Part shown: positions 25,564 through 39,175 of the stretch, one piece after another
Layout of the letters: each line of letters opens with the position of its first letter
Position numbering within the stretch: the first letter of the stretch is position 1
Source of the DNA: the human T2T-CHM13v2.0 reference genome, Homo sapiens
Assembly: GCF_009914755.1 (NCBI RefSeq)
Contig: NC_060926.1
Direction: 5' to 3' (one strand)
Length of the DNA stretch: 64,000 bases
Translations under genes and position numbers: made by a program
The notes under the pieces: generated by a model
Told to the model about the DNA's origin: nothing
Seen by the model: only the letters and a program-made list of their open reading frames with translations
Database searches by the model: none

Positions 25564-27607
25564 GCAGTAGAGCTGAGTAATTTATATCCTTAATATCAGA
25601 CACTGAATTTTGACAGTTCAAGAAGACTTTTATACTATATTTCAGCATTAATATGTATGTATTTTTCCCAGGAAATCAAGATTAATGTGATCTGGACCAA
25701 TTAAATAAATTTAAAGTTATTTAATTCGTTTATGGAAAAATGATACATTATTTGTAGCAAAGCCAAGCCTAAATTTTCTCTGAAGCAAATCCTAACCCTC
25801 CATTTACATTTTTCTCTTTTTTCCTCTTTCTTCCCACAAACCAAGTCCTTGTTAAAACTAACGTTGCTGAAAATTTAGTGAAGAATAAAAAGATAATTGT
25901 CTCTAAGCCCATGTTTCAGTGTTTTAAAAAATATGGGTATTTTTTTACAGCATTCCAATTTGGCTGCCTCAAGCAGTAACAGCACATGAGATTTATTAAT
26001 TGATCATCAGTACATAACTGTCTTCTAAATTTGTATGAAATAGTGTCTCAGTAAGACCTACCTCCATCTGAGGCAATGAATTTCAGCTTGGAACAATAGA
26101 ACTGCTCCAATCAGTGATGGTTAAATTATAGCTATAGGAGAATATGACAAAGGAAAACTTTTGGGCCAACATGTAGAAAGATCAGAAATAGGATTTAGCA
26201 GTCACTCATAGAATGTTCTTAAAAAGAAGTTTCCTCAAGCCAGCTGTATTCAGTATAGTACGTATATTGATGGAAGCTAATTCTCTATTGTGCTTTTGTG
26301 TTTCAAAATAAGTTGACCTTACTGTATACTAGAAGACCACTAGCTTCAAAAATCGCTCTTCAGTGATGGAAATATAATATATAAGCATTCTTAAGGAAAA
26401 TCTCCCATTCCTCTGGTCTTTGTGCTCAAATGTTAGCTACAATAGATACGCTACTTCCGCTATCCTTTCTAAACTGGAAAAGCTGAAGTCTTCTCAGGAG
26501 AAATGTCTAGTCAAGCCCTTAGCCCATTTTTTTGTTGTTGTTGTTGGCTTATATTAGTTTTTTTGCTTTGAGCTCTATTAATTCCTTGTACATTCTGGGG
26601 ATTAGCACTTATCAGATATGTTGTTTTCATGAATATTTTCTCCCATTGTGTAGGTTGCGTTTTCACTCTGTCAGTGTTTCTTTTGCTGTGCAGAAGATTT
26701 TTAGTTTGATATAGTCCTACTTATTTATTTTGCTTTTGGGTTCACATCCATAAAATCACCACCAAGACCAAAGTCAAGGAGTCCTGATCCCATGTTTTCT
26801 TCTAGGAGTTTTATAGTTTCAGGTCTTAGGTTTAAGTCTTTAATCCATTTTGAGTTGATTTTGTATACAGGGTAAGATAAGGGCTCAATTTTATTCTTGT
26901 ACATGTGAATATTCAGTTTTCCTCACCACATTTGTTGAAAAAGACTATCATTGTTCCAACATGTATTCTTTGCATCCTTGCCAAAGGTCAGTGATCATAT
27001 ATGTGTAGGTTTACTTTGGAGTTCTCTATTTTTCCATTGGTCTATATGGCTGTCCTTATGCCAGTACCATGTACCATACTGTTTTTTGATTACTGTAGCT
27101 TCATAAAATATTTTGAAATCAGGAAATGCAGTGCCTCTAGCTTTGTTCTTTGTCAGGATTGATTTGGTTCATAATCTTTTGTTCTATATGAAGTATATAA
27201 CCTTTTTTCTATTTCTGTAAAACATGTCTTTGAAATTTTGAAGGGATTGCATTGAATCTGAAAATTGCTTTGAGTAGTATAGACATTTGAACAATAGTAA
27301 GTTTTCCAATTCAGCAACACAGGATGTATTTACATTTGTTGTCTTTTGTTTAATTTCTTTCAGCAATGTTTTGTAGTTTTTAGTATATAAATCTTTCACC
27401 TCTTTTTTCCCTAGGTTTATTCTTATTTCAAAGTATTTTATTCTTTTCAGTACTTTTGTAAATGAGATTGCTTTCATAATTTCCTTTTCAGGTAGTTTGT
27501 TGTTAGTGTATAGAAAGGCAACTTATTTTTGTATGTTGGTTTTGTATCCTGCAACTTAACTGAATTCATTTGTTATTTATAGTATATATTTTTAAGTATT
27601 TGTGGTT

Positions 27608-27907
27608 TTCTTTTTTATTTTAGAGATAGGATCTTGTTCTCTCACCTGAGTTGGAGTGCAGTGGTGCGATCATAGCTCACTGAAACCTTGAACTCTTGAG
27701 CTCAAGTGATCCTCCTGCCTCAGCGTTTCAAGCACCTGGGACCACAGGTATGTGCCACCATACCTGGCTAATTTAAAAATTTTTCTTTTGTAGAGGCAAG
27801 GTCTCACTATGTTGACAAGGCTGATTTTGAACTCTTAAACTCAAGTGATCCTCCCGTCTTGGCCTCCCAAGTGCTGAGATTACAGATGTGAACCACTGTG
27901 CCCAGCC
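27608..27907 (-). mobile_element. AluJ
   Basis: GATCATAGCTCACTG and GGTCTCACTATGTTG J-type features. Confidence 0.85.
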
Positions 27908-30900
27908 TGGGGTTTTCTATATAAGATCATGTTGTTAGCAAACAGGGATATTTTTACTTCTTTCCAATTCAGATGCCTTTTATATTTTGTTTTGTTTTTG
28001 AATTGCACTGTCTAGGACTTTCAGTATTATGTTAAATAGAAGTGGTGAGAGTGGGCATTCTTGTTTTGTTCCTGATTTTAGAGGAAAAGCTTTTATTTTT
28101 TTCACAGTTGTGTATGATGTTAGCTGTGGGCTTTTCATACACAGCCTTTATTGTGTTTAGGTATTTTTCTTTTATTTCTAGTTTGTTGAGAGTGTGTCTC
28201 TGAAACCGTGTTGAACTTAGTTAAATGCTTTTTCTGCGTCTTTTGAGATGATCATATGGTAAAAATATTTTATTCTGGTAATGTGGTAAATCATACTAAT
28301 TGATTTTCATGTGTTGAGACCCTGTGTTTCTTCTAGTAGGTTTAAAGTTGAAATCTTATATGTTTTTAGTTGATTTTTATATATGGTATGAGTTAAGGTT
28401 CCAATTTCATTCTTCTGCTTGTGATTATGCAGTTTTCCCAACACTATTTGTTGAAGAGACCGTCCTTTTCCATTATGTGTTCTTGGTCCTTTTGTGAAAA
28501 ATCAACTGACTCTTAATTTATTCCTAAGTTCTTTTTTTGATGCTCTTATAAATGGGATTGTTATCTTGATTTCCTTTTTAAGATAGTTCACTGTTAGTGT
28601 ATAGAAATGCTACTGATGTTTGTATGTTGAATTTGTAATGTGCAAACTTTACTGAACTTATCAGTTCTAGCAGTTTATTGGTGAAATCTATAGTGCTTTC
28701 TTAATATTAAATCATGTCATCAATGGAGATGATATCACTCCTTTCGTATATGGATGCCTTTTATTTCTTTTTCTTGCCTAATTGCTCTGGCTAGGACTTC
28801 CAGTACTTTGTTGAATAGAAATGGTGAGAATAGGCTTCTTTGTTTTGTTTCTGATCTTGGAGGAAAAGCTTTCAACTTTTCACCATTGAGTATGATGTTA
28901 GCTGTGGGCTTGTCATACATGGCCTTTATTGTGTTGAGGTATATTCCTTCCATACCTTTTGTTTTTTGTGAGAGTTTTCAATATTAATGGATGTTGAACT
29001 TTGTCAAATGCTTTTTTTTTGCATCTATTGAAATGATCATGTGGTTTTTGTGCTTCATTCTGTTGATTTGATGTATCACATTTATTTGCATATGTTGAAC
29101 CATCCTTGCATCCCTGATAGAATTTCCAGTTGATCATACTGAATGATCTTTTTGATGTACTGTTGAGGATTTTTGTGTCTGTTCATCAGGGATATTAGTG
29201 TATAGTTTTCTTTGCTGTGTCTTTGATTTGGTATCAGGTAATGCTGGTCTCATGGAATGAGTTAGGGAGATTTCCTCATCTTCAATTTTTTGAAATAGTT
29301 TGAAGAGGATTGGTATTAATTTTTCTTTAATTCAGTAGTGAATCCACCTGGTCCTGGGCTTTTCTTTGTTGAGAGACCTTTTATTACTGATTCAATCTTG
29401 CTACTCATTATTGTCTGTTCAGGTTTTTTATTTCTTCCTAATTAATGCTTGGTAGGTTGTATGCTTCCAGAAATTATCCATTTTCTTTAGATTTTTCAAT
29501 TTGTTAGCATATAGTTATTCTTAATAGTCTAGGATGATGTTCCATATTTCTGTAGTATCAGTTGTAATGACTCCTTTTTCATTTCTGATTTTGTTTATGT
29601 GGATCTACTGTGTTCTTTTTTTGGTTAGTCTAACTAGTGATTTATCAATTTTACTTAACTTTTCCAAAAACAAACTTTTCATTTCATTGATGCTTTGTAT
29701 TGCTTTTTTAGTCTTCATTTTGTTTAGTTCAGATCTGATATTTTTTGTTTCTCTTTTGCTGCTGACTTTGGGATTGGCTCGTTTCTGCTTTTCTGGTTCC
29801 TTGCAGTGCATTGTTATTTATTTAAAATCTTTCTATTTTTTTGGTGTAGGCATTTATTACTATAAACTTCCCTCTTGGCACTGTTTTTCTGTAAAATACA
29901 AGTTTTGATATGCTATATTCTCTTTTTCAAAAAATTTCTGTTTCAAGAAATTTTAAAATATTTATCTTAATTTCATCATTGACCCCATCATTTCTCAGGA
30001 CCATGTTGTTTAATTTCCATGAATTTGGATAGCTTTCAAAGTCCCTCTTGGTATTGATTCCAAGTTTTATTCCACTGTAGTCTGAGAAGATACCTAATAT
30101 GATTTTGACTTTCTAAAATTTGTTGAGGCTTGTTTTGTGGCCTAACATATGGTCTGTTCTGGAGAATGTTTCATGTTCTGATTAGAAGAATATTTATTTT
30201 GCAGTTGTTGGAAAAAAATGTTCTGTAAATGTCTATTAGGTTCATTTTGTCTAAAGTCCACTTTAAATCCAATGTTAATTTGCTTAGTTTCTATCTAAAT
30301 TGTCTGTCTAATGCTGATAGTCCCCACTATTATTATATTGGAGTTTATCACTTTAGATCTCATAATGTTTTCTTTATGAATCTGGGTGGTGTGTGTGTTT
30401 GGTGGTAGTGGCAGGTTGAGTGGACCTGACCTCAGATCCCATGAGGGGTGCTCAGGTGTGCCACTGGTAGTGGACTTGGCTGGGCATTCCCCAGGGCTTT
30501 GGACAGTGTGCTCAGGTACTGGAGTCGGGGGTTGGATCCAGGCTGGGCTGTGCTCTTAGATCGTCAAGTAGTGCATATAGATGCTAGCGGTGGTATGCAG
30601 TGGTGGAATGGACCCTAGACCCCCCAGCAGAATGCTCAATTGGAAGTCACAGTGGCTGTGCTGTGCCCCTGCTACTGGGGAGGACTTAGGCAGGTAGCAG
30701 TCTTAGGCAGGCAGCTAGGAGGCATGGGCTTTGCTGGTGCAGCTGTGGCAGTTGCAGACAGTGGAATTTGTCCTTGAGGGTGTGTGAGAATGCTTGACAA
30801 ACCCTCTGCAGTGGGGTAGGTTTGCTGCTGGTGACTCTCTCCTCACCCCAGCTGTAGGGTAGTATGCAGTCCAGTGTGGAGTAGGCTCTTAAAGTGGTGC

Positions 30901-32275
30901 TGTGCTGCCACTGCTTAGGATTCAGGGTTTTGTGGGATCCAGTGTGTGCTCTCTGGAGCTGTGCCTTTGTGCAGTTTCTAGGGAGCTTCTTTTGTTAGCC
31001 TCAGGGCTAGTGAATGTTGAGGGGCTCTCCTGAGGCTAGGATTATAGGAATCCTTTTGGGAATGTGGGTTGCTGGGGCTCCCTCACTTATCTTTTTCCAA
31101 GCTTGGGGAGTCTCTCCTGGCTCATAGCCAATCTCAGTCTCCACCAAGGAGGCTGTCGCGCTTCCCTCTTTTTCCTTGCTTTAGGTGTTTCCTGTCACTT
31201 CTCTGTTGAATTCCAGTGTTCTTTCCTGGATGATCTATTTGATGTGTGACTACTGACTAGTTTTGTTCTTCTTAGCGGAGGAGTCGAGTAGATGCCTCTG
31301 ATCAGACATCTTGAAGCCTCTCCCATTAGGTTGTTTGAGATATTTCTCCTATTTTGGCGTAGGTTTTTATTGCTATAAACTTTCAGGACTGCTTTTGCTG
31401 CATTTTGTAAGCTTTGGTATGTTGTATTTCCATTTTTGTTTGTCTCAAGATATTTTTAAATTTCCTTTTTAATTTCTTCTTTGACTCATTGGTAGTTAAG
31501 GAGCATGCTGTTTAATTTTCACATACTTGTGAATTTTCCAAGATTCCTCCTGTTATTATTATCTAGTTTCATGCCATTGTGGCTAGAAAAGATATTTGAT
31601 ATGATTTCAGTCTTTATACATTTGTTAAGACTTGTTCTGTGACCTAACTAATGATCTATCCTGGAGAATGTTCTATGTGGTGATGAGAAGAATATTCTGC
31701 AATTGTTGGATAAAACGTTTTGTAAATGTCTGTTAGGTCCATTTGGTATAAATTGTAATTCAAGTCCAATATTTTCTTGTCTGCCTCTTTCTGCAGATAT
31801 TGTAATATTTGCTTTATATATTTAGGTGCTGTAATGTTGGATGCATGTATATTTATAATTGTTATATCTGCTTGATGAATTGACCCTATAATGATCTTTT
31901 TTGTCTGTTTTACAGTTTTGATTTAAAGTCTATTTTGTCCATATTCTCTTTTGGTTTTTATTTGTGTGAAATATCTTTTTTCCATCCCTTTACTTTCAGT
32001 CTTTGTGAGTCCTTAAAGGTGAAGTGAGTCACTTGTAGGCAACATATAGATAAGTCTTGTTTTTTTATTCGTTCAGCCACTCTGTGTCTTTTGATTGGAA
32101 AATTTAATCCATTTACATTCAAAGTAATTATTCATAGGTGAGGTCTTACTATTGCCATTTTGTTAATTGTTTTCTAGTTAATTTGTAGACCCTTTGTTTC
32201 TCTCTTCCTCTGTTGCTGTCATCCTTTGTGGTTTGATAATTTTCCATAGTGGTATTATTACAAGTTAGACAGGCA

Positions 32276-33278
<1,003 letters not shown>

Positions 33279-33567
33279 TGGTGTGCTTTGAATTCTTTAT
33301 TTTTATCCTGTGTATATCTACTATAGGTTTTTGCTTTGTAGTTATCATTAGGCTTGCATAAAACATTTTATACTAATAACAGGCTGTTTTAAGCTGATAA
33401 TAACTTAACTTTGATCACTTGCACAAACTCAACTCTTTTACTCCCCCCTCTCAGTTTGTTTTGTTGACATGTTTTGTATATTTTATGGTTTGTGTCCCTT
33501 GACAAATTAGTAGCTGTAGTTGTTTTTAATAGATTTGTTTTTTTTGTTTGTTTTTTTTTTAAAGAAA

Positions 33568-33830
33568 GGTAGGAGGATCACTTGAGGCCAGGATGAAGAA
33601 AGCCTACTTAATATAACAAGACCCTGTCTCTACAAAAAAATAAAATAAAATAAATTAGGCATGGTGGCATGTGCCTGTAGTCACAGCTACTGGGAAGGCT
33701 GAGGCAGAGGATGGCTTGAACCCAGGAGTTCAAGGCTGCAGTGAGCCATAGTCACACCACTGCACTCCAGCCTGAGTGACACAGTGAGATCCTGTCAACA
33801 ACAACAACAATAACAAAACACAAAGAAAAA
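33568..33830 (+). mobile_element. AluJ, 5'-truncated
   Basis: GGAGGATCACTTGAGGCCAGG ... GAGTTCAAGGCTGCAGTGAGC, (CAA)n tail. Confidence 0.83.
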
Positions 33831-34523
33831 GTGAGTATTGAAATAGTCTAAAGTGAAGGAATAAAAAGATAATGTCTTATGAAAAGGGAATGTTAAAATG
33901 AAAGCTTCCTAACTTGTTTCAATGTAGCTAGCTCCTGAAGAAGTTAAAAGTCCATCTTGGAAGGATTTTAGAAGTGGTAAATTAGGTCTAGGGTTCATAG
34001 GAAAAACAAAAAAAAACTGCTTGAAGATGAAGAAAACACGCACAGAATAGCCTATGCAAATAGACTCTGGTAATAACTCTAATGACTCAGACACCATAGA
34101 AAATCTCAGATTTAGGAACTTCTGGTCTGGCTCCTGATTTGAGATGATACAAGTTGTATTATAAACTGATTAGGTACAGAAGGGCCCAGAGCATCTGAGT
34201 AGGATGGTTCATGAGACACAGTTAAGGAGTAGAAGCAAAAGACTTTCAGACCAATTGGGGTGTGTGATAAATAAAGCTTAATTTTGAAATTTGAGATGCA
34301 TTTTATTTGGCAGAATTCTTGGTAAGCTGGTCTCTTAAGAAAAGCAATCATCCTCAGGTGCAAAAACCTTATCCTAAGAGCCTGGTAAGAAGGGTAATAA
34401 TTTGAAAAGATACAGAGACTAATGAAGAAAACAATGCTATAAGTGTGACATTTTGGGAGGAGAGAGAAATGTCAAGAGGCATTTTAGGCAACTTTCTATA
34501 TGATGTGTGCTATATACAACTTT

Positions 34524-34829
34524 GGCTGGGTGCGGTGGCTCATGCCTGTAATCCCAGAACTTTGGGGGGCTGATCACTTGAGGTCAGGAGTTTGAGACCA
34601 GCTTGACCAACATAGTGAAACCCTGTCTCTACTAAAAAATACAAAAATTAGTCAGGTGCGGTGGCGGGTGCCTGTAATCCCAGCTACCTGGGAATCTGAG
34701 GCAGGAGAATCGCTTGAACCTGGGAGGCGGAAGTTAGAAGAGCCAAGATCATGCCACTGCCCTCCAGCCTGGGCGACAAAGCTAGACTCCGTCTCAAACA
34801 AACAAACAAACAAACAAACAAACAAAAAA
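34524..34829 (+). mobile_element. AluS with a (CAAA)n tail
   Basis: GGCTGGGTGCGGTGGCTCATGCC start, dimeric body. Confidence 0.9.
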
Positions 34830-35793
34830 CCAACTTAGTCTGTGTTGTACTTGTCAGGAAAACTACAGTAAATATCTGTTTTTCAAGGCTTCTGAATTAC
34901 CATTTTTTGATAAGTTTGATAAGGAGAAATAGGCTATATAAAAGCCCACATACATTTAGATTATGTGTGTATCTTCTCTTACCTAGGGTTATCCAGTATA
35001 TTTCCTTTTAAAGGAAACATCTTTCCCTCTAAACACTGAATACATAATTCAGAAATTCTCTGAGAGGTTGAAAATTATTTCCTCACATTTGGAGATAAGA
35101 ATATAAAATATTAATTCACTTTTTTAAAAAAGAGAGTAAATCATTGTTTCTTTTACCGTCACCTACTGCATAACATTCCACATCTAACCCCCTTTGTATG
35201 GCCATAGCGTATATCTTATTGAGATTAAATACACTTTTTACACAAACCAAATAATTCTTTTAGTTTTCTAGATAACTGGCATCATAATACTTCTGTTTCT
35301 GTTTTTTTAAAATTGGGACCTATTTTGTTATTACCCTATATTACTAGTGTAATAAAATAATATCACTTAATGTTCTCATATCCTTTAATTATAGACTGAG
35401 TAGTGTTGGAGGAAAGTCCCTGGGGCCTAGTAGAGGGACAAGTTGTGGACTGTTAGACATGGTCTAACAGTCTAAAGCTCTAAGCAGCCAACTAAATTGT
35501 TTGAAGTATAAAAGTGGCAAATGCAATCTTCATATTTATTTGGTGACTGCAGTAAGTAGCATCTGTAATTTTCAAAGACCACGTAAAATCAATACCACAG
35601 AGAGGATCAAGGCTAGCTATAGCCCTGAAAATCCAGCACAGTCCCAAGCCTCCCTTTGTATAACAAATATGTTATTATTTCTCCTTTATAATCTTAACAC
35701 GGAATTCTTAGATAATTTAACCTACCTACATGCAAAAATTTAGGAAAATAAATGTAATGCCCTAGTTGTAAAATAAAAAAGGAATAAAAATAA

Positions 35794-36180
<387 letters not shown>

Positions 36181-36895
36181 TGATGTGTGTCTATACATAG
36201 AAAGCATGTTGAATGCAATAGTTAATAATGCACATTGTATTGTATTATACATTGAAGGAGCATAATTGATGGTGACATTTTTTCCAAAATATTGAGAAAC
36301 TCTTTGCTAAGTTCTGGGTAGAACAAATACATTTTTCCCTTGATTACATGGTACCACATATATGGTTACTGCATAAAGAATGCCAGACATACTTTGTATT
36401 TACATGTGAAGTGGAGTTAGGTTCCAGGCCCAAGTAATTATAAATAAGTTTTCACTTGCAGAAATCAGGCAAATTGCCATTTCATTTTTAAGTGTATAGT
36501 CCTAGTGATCATATTGCAGTATATCTGGCATGTCTGGCCCCCACCCTTTAAATGCCACTAGTATTCCTCCCAATTATTTTGACAACTAAAAAAGTTTCCC
36601 ACCATTTTCACCTCTGTTGAAATATTGCTCTCCTACATTTCCTTGAGGTTTAACTGTTACAGTGTTAATGGAAAGAATAACACATCTATCAATTGAACAT
36701 ATGAGGTCCACAAGTAATAGGCTCCTGTTGGCTGTTTTAACAAAAGTTTTTTTTTTTTTTTTTTTGACTTGTAACGCTAGCTATCTTTAGGTCTCTAGAT
36801 ATTGCACCCTCCATATGCAATCAGATTCTAAAACTTCTGATAAAAAATGCATCTCCTGGAAATGTCTGTGAAAAGGTTTGTAGACAACTAGTCAG

Positions 36896-37118
36896 TGTGG
36901 TAGACAGAACAATGGAACCTAAGAATATGTATATGTTATCTTGGCACAAGGGACTTTGCAGGTGTGATCAAATTAAGGATCTTGAGGTGGAGAGATTATT
37001 CTGGATTATCTGGGTTGTCCCAGTGTGATCACAAGGGTCTTAATATGGGAAAGGGGGAGGCAGGGGAGTCAGATCAGATTCAGAGAGAGATTTGAAGATG
37101 CGATACTGCCGGCTTTAA
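36896..37118 (+). mobile_element. MLT1 (C/D-like) LTR 5' fragment
   Basis: TGTGGTAGACAGAACAATGG...GGGACTTTGCAGGTGTGAT...GATTATTCTGGATTATCTGGGT. Confidence 0.75.
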
Positions 37119-37226
37119 ATGCCCATTGAACTCTGCTTCAAAAAATGAAAACACACCTCTATAAAATGTATATTGGGAATAAACTTTGTATTTACATACA
37201 TTGGGGAATTTTAAAAAAATGTAATG

Positions 37227-37302
37227 TTTGGACATTACATATTTTACCATATTACTTTGCTATATTTGGACATTCCATATTTTACCATATTACTTTGTTA
37301 TA
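37227..37302. repeat. 38-bp tandem duplication (2 mismatches)
   Basis: TTTGGACATTACATATTTTACCATATTACTTTGCTATA followed by TTTGGACATTCCATATTTTACCATATTACTTTGTTATA. Confidence 0.92.
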
Positions 37303-38544
37303 AAATTATAAATTTAACTTTTAATACAGATTGCCAGAATATTCTAGATTAGAGATTAGGTTTTTGTTTTCCTCAAGACATAAAACAAGTATGAACATTC
37401 TAAACTGCTGGATGAATCTGAAAGACAGTAATTTCAAAACTCAATTTATACTCATGTTAAATATAACTACATTAAGAGTTTAAAATTTCATGGGAGAAAA
37501 TATAATAAAGAGATAGGATCATTTATAGTCTTAAGAATAATGTTGGTTTCCCAAGTGCGTTTCTTAGCAATTAAAGCATAAGGTGAATTGAAATTTGCTT
37601 CATAGGCAGTTTGACTGTATGTATCAGAGAATGAAAAGAGGACATTTGTAGTAATGCATGGAAACTTGCTGCTTCAAATTAAAGTTCTCCTCTGCTGTTG
37701 TAGAATGGATTCCATACAGTAGCTAGTTGTGGATGATTCAGAAAATTATGAGTTTAGAGTCCCAGTTGTTAATTTATAAGTTTTGTGGGGAAGTATCACC
37801 TGCATTTGTGCTGAATAAAATATACGTGGATTCTTTAAAAAAAATCACAATTTTTTTCTAAATTTATTTTTTAAAAAGTTTTTAGAGAGAATAAATACAA
37901 AATTAGTCAATTTGAACATGTTTTGTTCACATTCTTTAAATTGCTTGTTGGTCTCCTTAACAATTTTTCTTTTCCTTTGACCCTCTGCTTTTCTCATTTT
38001 TATTTTCCTCCTTGAAGAAACGATTCATTCTAAGGGCTTTAAACATTTCTTTTTGTGTTGATGTTTAAATCTTTTATTATTAGTCTCATATTCTCCCTCA
38101 AGACTCAGAATTCTAGTACTCCTAATGAACATTTATGTCCGTTGGGCAGTCCTGCTGCCATCCTAAGCTACACATACTGGGAATGGAACTCAATCATCTT
38201 TTCTTTGCAAATCAGTGTCTCTTACCAATTTCTTTCATTCTGTTTACCCAGTCTTCTAGGTTTGAAATTTTGGGGTTGTTTTTAGGATTTTGTATTGCCT
38301 TCATTTTCTTAATTAATCAGAGTCCTTCTAGTTCTAGTCTAGAAATATGTTTCATATCTGCCATTCATGTTCCACTATGATTTTGACTGTCTTGCAGTTC
38401 CTGATAATTTTATGAATAGATTAATATAATGCTGTTTAACTTATTTTCTATATGCTTAATTCATTCTAGACATAGCTGGAAGACAGATCTTAAATTATAA
38501 CTTTTTTTTTCCTATATGTTATTCAATGAAGAATAAACCTAGTT

Positions 38545-38733
38545 TAGTATTTCACTTGGTAAAGTGTAGTACGTCATGCATGAATTGCAGCATCAGGATC
38601 ACTTGTGATATTTGCCAGAGGTGGCCATCCCACATCACCTAAATCAAATCTCTGGGCATGGATTCTGGGAATCAGCATTTTTAGAAGGCAGCATAAGTGA
38701 TTCCGATGCACACTAACATTTGAGAACTACTGG
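38545..38733. mobile_element. MER5-type hAT-Charlie DNA transposon fossil
   Basis: GCAGCATCAGGATCACTTG...GTGATTCCGATGCACACTAACATTTGAGAACTACTG. Confidence 0.72.
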
Positions 38734-38974
38734 AAAGGATAAAATTCAACCTAAAATTCAAAACCCTTTAACATATGGCCCTACCTTGTATATTCCAGTT
38801 TATTTTTCACTAGTTCTAATATAATCTTTTGCTCACTCTAACAGTCACTCTAGATATGCCACGATCAAATTGCTTCTGAGAATTTGTTTATAACCCCTTT
38901 ATTCAGAATGCCTTATTTTTTTTTTTTGCATCCATCCTTCAAGCCCTTCTTCTTTATGGACTCTTTTAAGCTAT

Positions 38975-39175
38975 GTATTAGTGAGCACCTACCATTTATG
39001 TCAGACACTTCATGGAAAATTTTTACTATCCATTAAGCAACCTAGGTATAATTGTTCCCATTTTACAACCAAGGACATTGAGACTTAGTGCAGTTAAGCA
39101 GCTTGCCCTAAGCCGTACAGGTAGTAAGGAGTAGAGTTTGATTCAAATCTAGGTCTAGGTTTGACGTGCTCCTCC
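38975..39175 (-). mobile_element. MIR SINE
   Basis: CCCATTTTACA..AAGGACATTGAGACTTAG..GTTAAG..CTTGCCCTAAG MIR core. Confidence 0.7.
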
